Of a stretch of 64,000 bases of DNA, positions 12,901-25,864 are shown piece by piece. The stretch is from Nymphaea colorata (taxonomy: Eukaryota): NCBI RefSeq assembly GCF_008831285.2, contig NC_045138.2:9362001-9426000 (forward strand). Reading direction: 5' to 3'. How positions within the stretch are numbered: the stretch's first letter is position 1; every line of letters starts with the position of its first letter. A model generated the notes under the pieces. It was not told where the DNA came from and made no database searches. It saw only the letters and a list, made by a program, of their open reading frames with translations. Made by a program: the position numbers and the translations under genes.

Positions 12901-13395
12901 CTCAATCATGGTTGCCTATGATCAGGATTGGACAAATTGCGTGTGCTAAAGCTTGATTATTTTCTGCTTTAGGTATGTGGGGTCCAGCAGACATACCATG
13001 AATTTCATCATGAAGGTGTCCCACGCATCTTTACTCAGCACCTGGGTCTCATGACATTTCTGGAAAGAATACTCGTTGGCCTTCCCACCATTCTGTTCGT
13101 CAAGTTCTGCAGCAAAGCTTTAGCTAAATGGTTGCTGCCAATATTATGCACGATACTGGGCATCCCAGTGAAGTCATCCTACTATATTCCCTTGTTGAAA
13201 ACCAACTGCAAAACCAAATCCGATGGCGATAACATGCCGTCATCAGTGGGCTATTTTGAAAGATTCTTCTGGTACTTCCAGCCCCAGCATGGATGCTTTG
13301 ATGTTGATACTGGAATACGGTTTCTTCAGTATGCAGGCCTTGCATGGTCAGTTGTGGATCTTGTGCCTTCACTTTTCTCCCTCCTCAAGTTGTAA
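8366..13395 (+). CDS. LPPD: Lipid phosphate phosphatase delta / sphingoid long-chain-base-1-phosphate phosphatase (PAP2 superfamily), 8 exons, 411 aa
   Basis: Exons are 8366-8527, 8631-8726, 8896-8970, 9076-9206, 9315-9418, 9519-9647, 9736-9851 and 12973-13395 (sum 1236 nt, one open frame, ATG to TAA). PAP2 catalytic motifs are present: KDLVSAPRP (C1), EYGLPSSH (C2), GRIYLGMHSLID (C3). There are several hydrophobic helices, and the C-terminal DVDTGIRFLQYAGLAWSVVDLVPSLF is typical of plant LPP-delta/SPP1. All introns are GT-AG except intron 1 (GC-AG). Confidence 0.95.
9873..9954. repeat. Compound (CT)n(TA)n(TG)n microsatellite at the start of LPPD intron 7; a (CT)n also lies at 9650-9684 in intron 6
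   Basis: Directly visible dinucleotide runs. Confidence 0.95.
11043..11638. repeat. ~291-bp near-identical tandem duplication in LPPD intron 7
   Basis: AATATCATGATTCATGCCTACAGTGAGGACGCTATTA... starts at ~11043 and ~11334. The second copy carries an extra GTCCAGG at ~11511. Confidence 0.95.
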
Positions 13396-16189
13396 CTTAG
13401 TAAACTTTGCGATTGGAGGGTATTCCACTTGCCGGGCCTGGAACTACACGGCAAATCCTTCATGTCCTGACATCGGCCAAAACTGAAGAAACATCGTCGG
13501 TTCGCTTATCTTTTATATTATAACAACTTGGCTCATCTCACTAGGCAAGATCCTGGTTCAAGCGTTGTAGCAGAAAGGTTGAGTAACCAATGGAATCAGA
13601 ACTTGGGTATGATTCTGCCCGGTGCACCTTCATTTTCTTTATTTTTTGAATTTTTTGTGCGTAATCATACACGCCAATGTTTTTTGGCGATGACCCGTGT
13701 GACAGTTGAAAAGGGAGAAATTAGTGAAAGTGAGTCGTCCAAAGTGAAATTCCTTAATCTAGTTACAAGAATTCTAGTCCATTATGAATTGTGGATACAT
13801 GTTTTGCCTATATCTACCTACCAAGCCAGTCACATGTCAACCATGATATCTAAGCCAATAATGCCTTTTAGACTTGAAGCAAAATGACGCACGCTTACAG
13901 ATCTGGAAAGCTTGCAAAACTCATGCATGACAGGGATCCTTGGTTAGAAGCCGGCTTATGACATTAAAGATACGAGTTTAAAGGTTTGATAGCCAGGATC
14001 TGTCTCTTGAATGAAACAAGAAATCAACACTGAGAAATTACGTTGGACATATATAGAGTTCATCACTTTGTGCCTAGTAAATCGTTGAACAAAGTTGCAT
14101 TCAGCTGAGTGGGGTAGCAAGGAAACGTTGAATAACAATGGATAAAATTAACATTTGTTAAATGTATGAAATGTGACAAAGTTGCTTATACCTAATCATT
14201 TTGTTTAAGTTATTGAATATGATATTTTTATGCTAACTACACTTTTTTTTAAAAAAATATACAAATTGCCCCATTTGTGATTCACAACTCTGAGGTGATG
14301 TATGGTTGTGAGACTAGAGTTAGTGTACGGCTGCAGAGCCGGCGTTCAATGTATGGTTAAATCGTGGAGTTAATTGTATGGGCAAAAATGTTAGGCTTGT
14401 TTAGGCTTATCACATAGAAGATGCCTTGTCCCTACCCTTAGAGCTTAGGGGAGGATGGTGTACTATTGATGTTGTGATGTTCCAGTAGGAGTTATTGCTG
14501 CAGCAAGATAATATTTAAACTAAAGAAATATAATAAATAAATAATTAACAACGAAGTCCTATGATTGTGCCTTGCAGGATTTCAGGGTTAAAGACCAACT
14601 GAATTTGATATGCTTATGTGAATCATGTTCCTGTATAGACTGACTATGCATAATAGGAGAAAAATGCTTCAGCACCGCCTCAGTTTTCTTCCTTGTCTAA
14701 GATATGAGAAATGATGGTTACACAAATGCGGTATGAAGAGTTGAAACTACACAGCCTGTATGTACAGTTGACTTGGCCAAATGGACACTGAAACCTTTTA
14801 ATTTGTACTTTCCTGCTCAATTTGAGACAGTGATGCTCCACTACTTGTGGATTGAGGTCAATTAGTCATAGATTCTCAATCATACCATCTGTTTACTGCA
14901 AAAGAGAATAACCAATATTAGTTTAATCAAATGAACATGTTTTCATTAAATTGTACAACTTTCGTAGGGAGAATTTGGTATAGCAAAAAGGTACTCTTCA
15001 TCACCAACACAACACCTAAATCCAAGGAAGCATGGATCCAACAACATACTATCAAAACAGTACATATTACGAGGATATAGGCACATGAACCTATCTAAAT
15101 ATTGATAGTTATCATACTAAACTACCCAGGCTGACAAGCCTGAAGCTAATGGAGATCACAAACTTGAGAATCATCAGTATACTCCCAAACTACAAATCCA
15201 CGCAGAAATTGTGAACAAGACAATGTAATTGTGTTGACACCCCAAAATTTTCCAATTTTTCTTAGTGGCAAATTTGAAAATTTTGCAAAAACATTTCAGG
15301 CAAATTTGAAGCAATGTGCTTCGATGCCTATCCTATCCAATCCTACACCAAAGTCCAAGAATTAATAGTAATTAGAATCTTGAATTGCAAATGAAATATC
15401 ATATCAAATTTGAAACACGGTTTCAAATTCAAATCCACTTACAACTAAAATGAAGTTTTAAAAATTAATCTGAAACAAAGTCAATGAGTTAAGTCTGAAA
15501 TTCAATTTCGATTTGGATTTAAAAACCTAATCTAAACTAAGTTAAAAATATTAACTTAGTCAATTTCTCCATTACTGAAATTTTGGACTAAATTGTCCAC
15601 TACAATGCTAAACCACAAAACCTTAATTTATGGTTACCAAGAGCCAATGTACATAATTTAGAGTCTGTGATCGTGTGATCCTACTCAAACAAGTCAAGAG
15701 AATTTGAGCAATTAAATTGCATTCAATAAAAATTAATTAATTTGCCATACACTTACTAGTAAAAGATTCTAGAACATGATTCAAACTAGAATTTTATAAA
15801 ATCTATACTCTAGAATGAAAATTATCCAAATTCGAGTGTAGTCAAAGGCACAATGGACCTTGACTAAATCTAGACCCACCTAGCCCATGCGTGTGGACTA
15901 GGTAGGTCCCATAAAATTCAAAACTTCAAAGAAAACTTAATTTTCTTTCCACGTCATCTAATTAAAAAATTTTCAAGATGGAAATTAATTTTCTTTAGTG
16001 AGATTAAAATCTAACTAAGAAAACAATTAAAGATGACTTAAAATTAATTCTCATTTCCGAAATTGGTTTCATAAAAAATGAAGCCAATTTTATTAGAGTG
16101 AACCTATTTGGACGTGTTTATACCTCTCTTCTTCCTTATAATTATTTTAAATTATTTTAGTTAAGAACGAGGCAGTAGATAGTAAGTCT

Positions 16190-19104
16190 TTCATTACTAT
16201 TGAAGTTAAGATTAAATCAAGTAGTAAAAAGTTAATCCATGATGTTTGTTATATGTTTGGTTTAACTTACAACTTATTGAGTATTGGACAATTGCTTGAA
16301 AATTGTTATTTACTTGGTTTTAATAGTAAAACCTTGAAATCAAGAGAAAGCAGTCAGATAGTAAGACTTTCAGGATAGTGAAAATGAATCTAAATAGGAT
16401 GTTTCCACTTGAATTTTTACATGTAGATGAAGTTGTATTAGTCAGTCATGTTGATAAAATCTCTCAGTTTTGGCATTTAAGGAATGGTCATTTGCATTAT
16501 AATAGCCTACAATTATCAAACAATAAGAACATGGTATTGGGTTTCCCTCATATCACATGTAGCGATAGGATTTGTGAATGATGTTTATATGGAAAACAAC
16601 ATTGTATGTCTTTTCCAATTGAAAAGACATGAAGGGCCAAGAAGGCTCTTGAACTAGTCTGTGCAGACATATGTGAGCCCATGAATATTCATTCTTTAAA
16701 CAACAGTAGATATTTTCTGTTGTTTATTGATGATTTCACTCATATGAATTGTGTATATTTTCTTACCCAAAAAGTCAGAAGCTTTTGAAAAATTTCAAGA
16801 GTTCAAAGCTTTTGTAAAAAAGAGCAGCAATCATCAACATTTGTGCACAGATTGAGGAGGAGAATATTTATCTAACAATTTTAATAATTTTTGTAAAAAG
16901 AATGAAATTTACAAGCACTTGACAGTAAAGAAAACACCTAAGCAAAATGGTATTGTTGAGCGGAAGAACAAAACTGTAATAGAAATGGCTAGAATCATGC
17001 TGAATGAAAACCAACTTTCAAATGATTTTTGGGCAGAAGCAGTGGCAATTGTGGTTCATATTTTAAATTTTGCCAAGTAAAATAATATGCAATCAAACAC
17101 CCTATGAGGCTTGATGGAAATGAAAACTTGATTTAAGTTACTTACGAGTTTTTTTATGTATTTCATATGCTTTATTCAATTTAAGCAAACATATTAAGTT
17201 GGACAAAAAAAAAGTAAAAAATCTCTATCTGTTGGATATCCAGATGTTACGAAAGGGTATCAGGTAGATAACCCTTGTACTAAAAAACATATTATTCAGT
17301 GAGATGTTTTTTTTTTATGAAAGCAATTTTTGGAAGTGAGATAACAAAGATGAGCATTTGGTTATTGAAAATGACTCAAATGAACCAAATGCATTTGAAA
17401 AAGATGCACCCAGCCTCCACCAACATCATTTTCATAAAGAACTCAAAAAAAATAAAATATTAGACCTGCTATGGACAAAGATAGTCCTCCAAGAAATGTA
17501 AGGAGAGTTGATGATCTTTATAATTGTGCACTTATTTTAATGGTTACATAACCAACATGTTATGAAGATGCTTGCAGAAAACAAAAATAGGATAAATCCA
17601 TGGAAGAAGAAATAGTGGCTATTGAAAAGAATAACACTTGTGAACTTGTAAATCTACTAGATGCCAAAATGTCATTGTTGTTAAATAGATCTACAAAATA
17701 AAATACAATATTGATGAAACTGTGCAAAACTATAAACCAAGACTTGTCGCAAAAGGGTATGCTCAAGAATATGGGGTATATTTTTTGGAAGCTTTTTTTC
17801 CTGTTGCACGTTTTGAAACTGTTAGAATTATTTTGGCATTAGCTACTCATATAAAATGGTTAGCTTTTCAGTTTGATGCAAAGTGTGCATTTTTAAATGG
17901 CCTTTCGGAAGAAGTTTATGTTTAACAACCACAGGGATTTATTATTAATGGACAAAAATAAAAATATACAAATTGAAAGAAACTCTTTATGGTCTTAAGC
18001 AAAAACCACGAGCTTGGTATGGGAGATTAGACACATATTTAATACATAATAGTTTTTCACAAAAGGGAAAATGAACCCACTTTATACGTGAAGGTTATAG
18101 GTAATGATGTTCTCATAGTATGTATTTGTGTAGATGACATCATTTATATAGGATTCTCTAATAGTCTCACTAAAAATTTTAAGACAAGCATGATTTGTGA
18201 ATTTGATATGTCAAATCTGGGATTGTTACATTATTTTCTTGCACTTCAGATACAACAGACAAATTATGGTATTTTTATTTCTCAAGAAAAATATACTTTG
18301 AACATACTTGAGAAATTTAATATTTTATCATGCAAGTCATGTTCCACTCCCATCCACAATAATGAGAAGTTAACTATAAATGATGGTATTGTGAAAGCCG
18401 ATAAAAAGTTATATAGGAGTTTAGTTGGGAAATTAATATACCTTACACAAAACACAAACACGCCCAGATATTGTATACCCAGTTGGTGCATATCCAGTTG
18501 GTCTGATTTCAAGGTTTGTGCATTGTTCATCAATACATCATTTTAGAGTAGCAAAACGGATTCTTCTTTACATCCGATGAACAACCAACTACAAGATTTG
18601 GTACTAATCTAATTCTAATTTTAAGTTGATTGGCTCCTTCGACAACAACTGGAGTGGTTTTGTTGATAATTGGAAAAGCACAAGTGGATATGCTTTCACT
18701 CTTGGATCGGGAGTTGTGTCATGGATATTCAAAACACAAATAATTGTGGTTGTATCATCTTCTGAAGTGGAGTATGTTGCAGCCACCAACTCTGCATGTC
18801 AAGCTATTTGGACACGAAGAAATGTGGGCTACTTGCACCAAAAGCAAGATGATGCAACTGAATTTTTTTGTGATAATCAAGCAACAATTGCCATGATAAA
18901 AAATCTGGTGTTCCAAGAAAGAACTAAACACATTGAGTTACGTCATCACTTTAACCATGAAGTTTTTGTTGATGGAATGATAATAATGAAATATTGTTTC
19001 ACAAATGATCAAGTTGCAAACGGATTTATGCAAGCACTCGACTATTCAAAGTTCATAAAATTCAGGTAATCTCTTGTAGTATCGAGTTTTGTATCAAATG
19101 GGAG
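16190..19104 (+). mobile_element. Degenerate Ty1/Copia internal region (pre-integrase, INT, RT, RNaseH); gag/protease and 5' LTR missing
   Basis: FWHLRNGHLHYNSL (GAG-pre-integrase, 16378-16581); LELVCADICEPM (~16650); RT YKPRLVAKGYAQEYG...FQFDAKCAFLNG (17722-17925) and ICVDDIIY (18088-18546); RNaseH STSGYAFTLGSG...ERTKHIELRHHF (18626-19069); PPT-like AAATGGGAG at 19096-19104. Confidence 0.95.
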
Positions 19105-19497
19105 TATTAAAATATGATGCAAACAATTTTAGTAAATGTATGGAATCAATATTTCAGTTTTTCTTTTAATGTCATAAGAGTTATGGCATAGTGATTTAAG
19201 GGTTTAATGTCAAGTGTTATGACCTATAAATTAAGGTGGTAACAGAGAGGTTTTTTATTGTCTTTTAATATCATGTTTGTAATGGCCATTAGTATGGAAG
19301 TTTATGAGTGGTAAGTTGAGTGTCTTGAGGTAGCTATAAATAAGTGTCTAGGTTTTTGTTATTTGCATCAAGTGTAAGGTGTGCCAAGGCGGCCTTGTGG
19401 GAGTCGTGGGTTGTATGAGTGTTCTCTTCTCCTAATTCAGAAGTTGTTTTGCAAAAAGTTCATTATGTGCAACATAAGGTACAGTGTTTCATTAACA
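19105..19497 (+). mobile_element. Probable 3' LTR of the + strand Copia
   Basis: Begins right after the PPT (TATT, probably decayed TGTT), contains CTATAAATA at ~19334, and has a candidate end ...TTAACA at 19497. There is no partner LTR to confirm it. Confidence 0.5.
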
Positions 19498-19869
19498 CAA
19501 GCTTGTTGATTGAGACCATTATTGTTCTTGATTCAAAAACCTGAGCATCCTCATCTACTTGTTGTTTTCTAGCTGCAGTTCCATTGCTCTTGGCCAGCAG
19601 CCTAGTTGTTGTTCCTTCAACCATAGCAACTTTATTATTTAGCCTCGCTATTCACTATGTAGTAGTTTAAACTACTCCAGACATCCAAATTAGCAGTCCT
19701 GTTACTCCCATCGACAGTCTTACTGCTCTCTATCACAATAACGGTGTTGCTGCTCCTTCGACCACAACCCAAAATTGAGTGTCCTAACTAGCTTACTTGC
19801 CACTCCCTCTGAGGCATTCCTAAAGTTATGGCAATCGTTGTCCATAGCAGCCAGTCCTCAATCTGCAAC

Positions 19870-20035
19870 CAAGGGCGGAGCCAGGATTGTTCTCAGGGGA
19901 GGGCCAAACGGTCTGTGGGTTGAGCCAAGAGGAGCGACAGGTCAGGCCAAACAAAAAAAAATTGATTTTTTCAATATAAAAAAAAAACTGCGCTCACCCA
20001 GGCCATAGCCCAGGTGGCCACCCCCCCTGTCTGCA
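19870..20035. mobile_element. Degenerate MITE-like element starting AAGGGCGGAGCCAGG
   Basis: The left end matches the AGGGGCGGAGCCAGG MITE terminus type. It has an A-rich core and a decayed right end GGTGGCCACCCCCCCTG. Confidence 0.45.
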
Positions 20036-22147
20036 GCACTCGACCGACTGTACCTAGCCTGCAGTCTCTTGGATTGCTTTCAATTCGCAAAAGGCATGTT
20101 GTTTATTGCCACCATCACTAGCGACATCCATTTGAATCAAAGCAGCAACCTTGTGGTTAATTATACAGTACCATTTCCATCCGCTGATTACAGTGGTTAA
20201 GTTCATGAATGAACCACTAAATACAATGGTCTTGCTGCAAAAAGTTGGAAAATACCCCCCAATCAAACTACGTCTCTCTTTAGGGTTCACTCAGTCCTTT
20301 GATTCGAGCAAAGGTAAGCATTCTGTTTGACATTCTTTTTTTTTCTCCTTGTGCATGATGGATGAAAGAACCAATGTGTGGGGTGGGAATTTTCATTCAT
20401 TCTAGTAGGGTCGAGAATGATGTCCAGCCGGGTTGCCTACGCAAGAATTGCACATGTTAAGGCATTACTGCATGCATGCAAGCGGCAAATACCCAAACAA
20501 AAATCTTTTTTCAAAACAGGAAAAAAAGTGTTTCCTAAACCAGCTGACCTATAGACCAAAAACCTGATTTTTTGAAAAGTCCCAAATTGTGTGAATCCAC
20601 GGTAAGAAAACCTCCAAATCAAGAGAGGATGATTGGGTCATTTGTGCAAGTATAAATGTCTCTCTAAATTTATACTGACATGGTACATGAGAGAGAGAGA
20701 GACAACAAGTGAGTATATGAGGAATCACAAAATCACACTCAATGGTGTCATAAATCTGATAAAATGTCTAATCATCTAATTGTAGTCAATCCAAGATCAG
20801 CTTTGCTCAAACAAGGAGTTTAATCCATCTTGTGCATGACTAGAGTAAAACAAATGAGCTTGTCTCAAACCCTCATTTCTTAAAAGAAATTCTGAAATAA
20901 ATAAAATTTTATAAAAGCAAACTTGTCTAAACAACGTGTCTAGAATTATAGACGTCTTTACAAGAAAAAACTAGGATGCCAAACCCATATGTCAAATGAC
21001 CGGATTATTTAATAGAAAATTTCTCAAAATTCTAAAATCTGGATCTCAAACCTACGTGTTCAAAAGAAAGTCACATTGGAGCAGATTCTAAGTGATGTAA
21101 AATATTTTGAAATCCTCAGAGAGCAATACAAGCATTCAAAACCAAATTAAAAATCCATTCTATTGCAGCTTTAAAAGCTAAAATTAGTTTTACAAAACTT
21201 GTCAAACCAAATGGATTTAAAATTATTGTGTCAAGAACCAAGTAATCAAATTAAAATTTCAAAAACGTCTGAGGACAAATGCCAAGTATCGAAATGGTTT
21301 AAAAATCATAAAATGAGGTTTTAAAGTGGGATTTGAATCAAAATCATATGTATTTCTGATTAAAAACTGAAAACACTTTTATAAATTGATGAGATTCGTT
21401 TAACTATATCCGCTGGATTTTCAAATTTTTTTCAAAAATAGAAATTCCAAAAACGAAACCAAGCTCAAGAGCTGTACTCTTTAAGGTGCACTCTTGATCC
21501 AAAATTCCAAGAGTAAGCTTAGAAGCTGTCCAACACTTTAAAACCATCAACACTATTAAAACTAAGTAAATTATGGAGAGATGAAACAGTGAAGCATAAA
21601 TGAGGCATATAGTTTGTTTTAGCCAAGCATGCATTCACCTACTACACATGCACACAGCTCACGAAGTGCTAAGACTAACCAATTCAGTGTTGCTACCATG
21701 ACCAAATTACATTGCAACAAAGACTTGGGTTATTTGCTTGTGTGGAAGCCGCAAACACTCTCAAAATGATTTTCTAAAATATCAATGTTTTCAAATAAAA
21801 AATTTTCCTAAAAGAAGATTTCATCATCAATTTCTTCAAGATTTCAAAACCTTTTAAAATAGATTCTCAAAATCAGCATTTGGTTTTCATTTTAAATCGG
21901 TCTAAAGATTAAAAATCCCCCATATCAATCATCAAATTTCTAACTTTGAGATCAAAATCCAATTTCCAATATCTTTCAAATGTCTAAAATTCCATTTCAA
22001 ATCCAACTTTGGGTTAAAAATCTTGATTTAAATCAATTTTCTAATTCAAATAAATCTTATCTCAGGCTTAAATCGATAGTTTCGAAACAGATTCAAGAGT
22101 TTTCAATCCAATCCAAAATTTCAATCAAATTTCCAATCAAACGTTCA

Positions 22148-22309
22148 AACCAACTCAAATTTTCAATCAAATGGTCAAACCAATTCAAGTTTTCAATCCT
22201 TAAAATCAAATTCTAGATTTTCAATCGAACCAACTCAAATTTTCAATCAAATGGTCAAACCAATTCAAGTTTTCAATCCTTAAAATCAAATTCTAGATTT
22301 TCAATCGAA
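22148..22309. repeat. 80-bp perfect tandem duplication within a TTTTCAATC-rich region
   Basis: AACCAACTCAAATTTTCAATCAAATGGTCAAACCAATTCAAG...CTAGATTTTCAATCG occurs at 22148 and 22228. Confidence 0.9.
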
Positions 22310-22530
22310 TTCAAATTCGATGTTGCACATTCATATTGGAAGATCAATCAAAAGACCTGTACAGTTGAGAAATGTTAAACCTTGGCTCGGTTACCTTGTT
22401 GAAGGCAGCAGAAATGGTAGAGCTTCTTAAAGATGGGCAGATCCTTTTTTTCCTAAAATTTTTCAAACCAATTTTAAAATTATGCTGCTTTGAATGGCCT
22501 TTCCCCATTTTAATGTGCATGAGGGGTGTG

Positions 22531-24220
22531 AATAATGCAATGACACACTTATCAGTTGTGCTTCATGCAGGCTACTATTGAACACGAATCTGGTCTACGG
22601 ACATCTTCTCTCACATATGCAGAGTGGTGCCTCCAAACAGGGAAAGCACCAACAAACAGTGTTGCTCCCGAAATTGCCCCAAGTCAGCCTCATTCGGCAC
22701 TCGATTGCTCTCCTCTTCTGAACGACCCTTTCCACCATCAGTTCAATGTATAACACAAGCAACCATTTCACCAGCGTCAACCTAAATTCATGAGGAGCAA
22801 GCCAGCGGAAAAATGATCGGTCCTACCATCGCGCTACATCGGCTCCAGTTGGGTCACAATCACCCTTACCTTCTTTTCGGGACATGCAACCGTTAGTTTT
22901 TGATGGGCACCACTGTGCACAATTGCGTGTCGTTTGCCTTCTTTCTCACTTTTTGGCCCACCATCACTAGTAGGGCACCTGCTCGAGCTTTCTGTGCATT
23001 GATTGGGTTCTATATTGCAACCACGAGGAGTCGTTGACTAGTTTCGTTCCCATCAGTAATAAGTGCAATAATGCAATGACACATTTGACAGGTTGTGCTC
23101 AAGGCATACCATTGTTGGATAGGCATACCAGTGCCTGCAAACAGGGAAAAGCCTAAGCAATGTCACTTGATCACCCTATTCCTCTTTCGGATGAAACTAT
23201 GCCGATTGATTTCCTTCTCACTTTTTTGGCTCATCACCAACAATAGGGCCAGTTATGGACACCATCTTCTCCAACATAAGCAGGTCGGCGCTTCCAAACA
23301 GGAAAAAGAGCAAGAAATAGTGTTCCTCTTGAGATCGCCCCATGTCAGCCTCTTGAGATCGCCCCATGTCAGCCTCATTTCTTCTAAACCATCATTTCCA
23401 TCGACAGTCTGAGGTATATAACACATATGACCATTTCACGGACCTTCCATCGCACAATTGACATCAGTCAATCTAAATTCATGAGAAGCGGGCCAGCGCA
23501 AACACAATCAGTCATACTGTCGTGCTACATCGGTGCTAGTTGAACCCACAATCGCCACTTACCTAGTTTTTGGGACATGCAACTATTGGTTTTTGTGGGC
23601 GAGAGGCGGCGCATGATTGCATGCCAGTTGCTTTCCTTCTCACTTTCCAGCTCACCATCACTAGTAGCACCACCTAGTCGACCTTCATGTGCATTGATTG
23701 TTTATATATTGCCACCACAGGGAGTCATTGATCGGTTTGGTTCTAATCATTAACAAGTGGAAGGTTGCAATGACACACTGACCGATTGTGCTCCGGGTAG
23801 GCCACTAGTAGGTTGTGCACGATCACATGGTCAATCGGACCTAGTCAGACCGCAATTGCCCCTTGCCTAGTTTATGAGACATGAAACGCTTACTTTTGAC
23901 AGGTTGAGGTATAATACATGTGACCATTTTCACCGGCCTTCGACCACACATTTGACGCCTGTCAATCTAAGTTCATGAAGATCGGGTTCAAGAAAATACG
24001 ATCAATCCTACCATGGCACTGCATCGGTCCTAGTCGGACCTGCAATCTCCCCTTACCTGGTTCACGAGACATTCCACCATTCGTTTTTGCTAGGCGAGGC
24101 TACGCGCAATTGCCATGTACCATTAATGGTTCCACCGTCATCCATGTCGGTGTTAGTTAGGCCTGCAATTGACCCTTAATGGTTTCCAGACATGCAACCA
24201 TTAGTTCTTTGCTGCACGAG
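22531..24220. repeat. Old, diverged tandem array of ~0.5-0.7-kb GC-balanced units with internal subrepeats
   Basis: Anchor (AATAA)TGCAATGACACA...TTGTGCT at 22531, 23067 and 23766. GTCAA(C/T)CTAA(A/G)TTCATGA at ~22776, ~23467 and ~23961. GACATGCAAC(C/T) at ~22881, ~23574 and ~24189. A 24-bp tandem duplication lies at 23324-23375. Confidence 0.8.
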
Positions 24221-25671
24221 GCAGAAGGTCTAACAGATAGTAAAAGGAATATAAACAGATGCATAAAAATAAAAAACATTTACCAGAAAGGACAGAAGGT
24301 CTAACAGATAGTTCCCAGGTATAACTCTTGCAGTATCCTTGGGTTTTGAAGCCTTTGCAATAATCTTGGTCATCAATGTTTGCCCAATTCTAAATTTACT
24401 AAATGGATTTAAGTCAAATGGCTGATGATCATGATCACATACCTGTCACCAAGAAGTCAGTACACGGTGAAGATGAGTAGATGCAACAAAGCAATCCCAA
24501 CAATATATAAGGACCCATTGAAGAGAAAATGCACTCACTTCTGTGATATATATTCTCCCATGAAGACCAAGACTGAATTTTGTAAGTATTTCAGAAGCTC
24601 TTTTATCAGTAATCTGCAGACACATGACACAAGTAAAAAAGACTACTTTCACTGATAAATATCTAGAATTACTTCAATACCTAAGGCAAACAATCAGGAA
24701 AAATTTCCAAGGGAAATTTTCCTTTTGTATAAAGCTTTAATTTCCTGAAACAATACTAAGAAAAGGCAACCTCCTGATTACGGAGACATATGATTTATAC
24801 CAGTCGGAGCATGAAAAATTGTTAAACGAATACTAATCTAAGAAAGTAAGTTGATACAGCAACACAAACCTCAGCTCCAACAATCGAACCAACCGAAAGC
24901 AAAGTTCTTTTTCTATCCTTCTTAGAGGAAGAACATTTCACTTGTTCGCTCAATGATTTTAGCAGCAAGAGCAGCCTGCCAGATGGTGGACTTGGAAGCA
25001 CGCCAATAGTAGCAACAACCCTGGAACAAGTAAATTAACTTTAATATAGCACGATTTCTTAGAAGAGAATCGTCAGCACATCTATAGGAATTTCCAAAAT
25101 CACAAGATAGCAATTATCAAGAATCGGTCGTCTACCATTTTCGTAATGTAACCAACATAGTGTTTAGGAAAAAATATCTAAAGATAGACATGACACCATG
25201 ATCCAGAGTTCTGAACAAATTTGCCATCTTCTAACACAAAACCTTTTACAAGTTAAATCATGTGCTGGCATGAATATCAAAATAAAAGATTTTCTTTGAT
25301 ATTAGTACAGAAAAAATAGGTCAAAAAATGGGCCTCACATCATGGATAATTAAAGAAATTTTACCAATCATAAAAAGAAGATTAGCTACAATATTGGAAC
25401 CAGAAATTTTGACCCTCTCAATATCATTCTGTACCATTTCTACTAAAAGATCAACACAACAGCTAGAAAGCCGGTGATTATGTTCTGAAGCCTGGATGTT
25501 GTTGCCAATTTCATTGAAGAAATTTAGGAAAACCATACCCCATAAATACCTAGACGTTTGGCGTAATTAAGAGCTTATTTCTTCCTTTCTTTTGGTGATT
25601 GCTTCCGTTTCTTAATGTTCATCAATACAATAGGATGTCATAGGTAATAAAGAATGGACTTTTATGAAGAG

Positions 25672-25864
25672 TGTTGAATTAGAAGAGTTGATGTTTCTAG
25701 GTGGTTCTTTGCAATATTTAATAGTTAGGAGGTCTCTTTAAACATTCCTCTATTTTCTATTGATGTCTTTGTAAATCTCTCTTCAACCCTAATCTCTTTA
25801 TTATGGAGATTAGGGTTAGTGACTGAAGTTACGTTTTCTCTCTCTAAGGCTGCCGGCTGTAACA
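25672..25864 (+). mobile_element. 193-bp solo LTR with a 5-bp target-site duplication AAGAG
   Basis: Starts TGTTGAA and ends TGTAACA, with AAGAG at 25667-25671 and 25865-25869. It is homologous to the reverse complement of the PBS-adjacent LTR at 30095-30287. Confidence 0.9.

Noticed and set aside
12966..12980. AG|GTATGT at the LPPD exon 8 acceptor as a recursive splice site
   Set aside because: It is explained by Val-Cys codons after a normal acceptor, and the intron is only 3.1 kb with no other support.
13528..13887. 119-aa ORF downstream of LPPD
   Set aside because: It has a TTG start and no motifs, and lies in the probable 3' UTR or terminator region.
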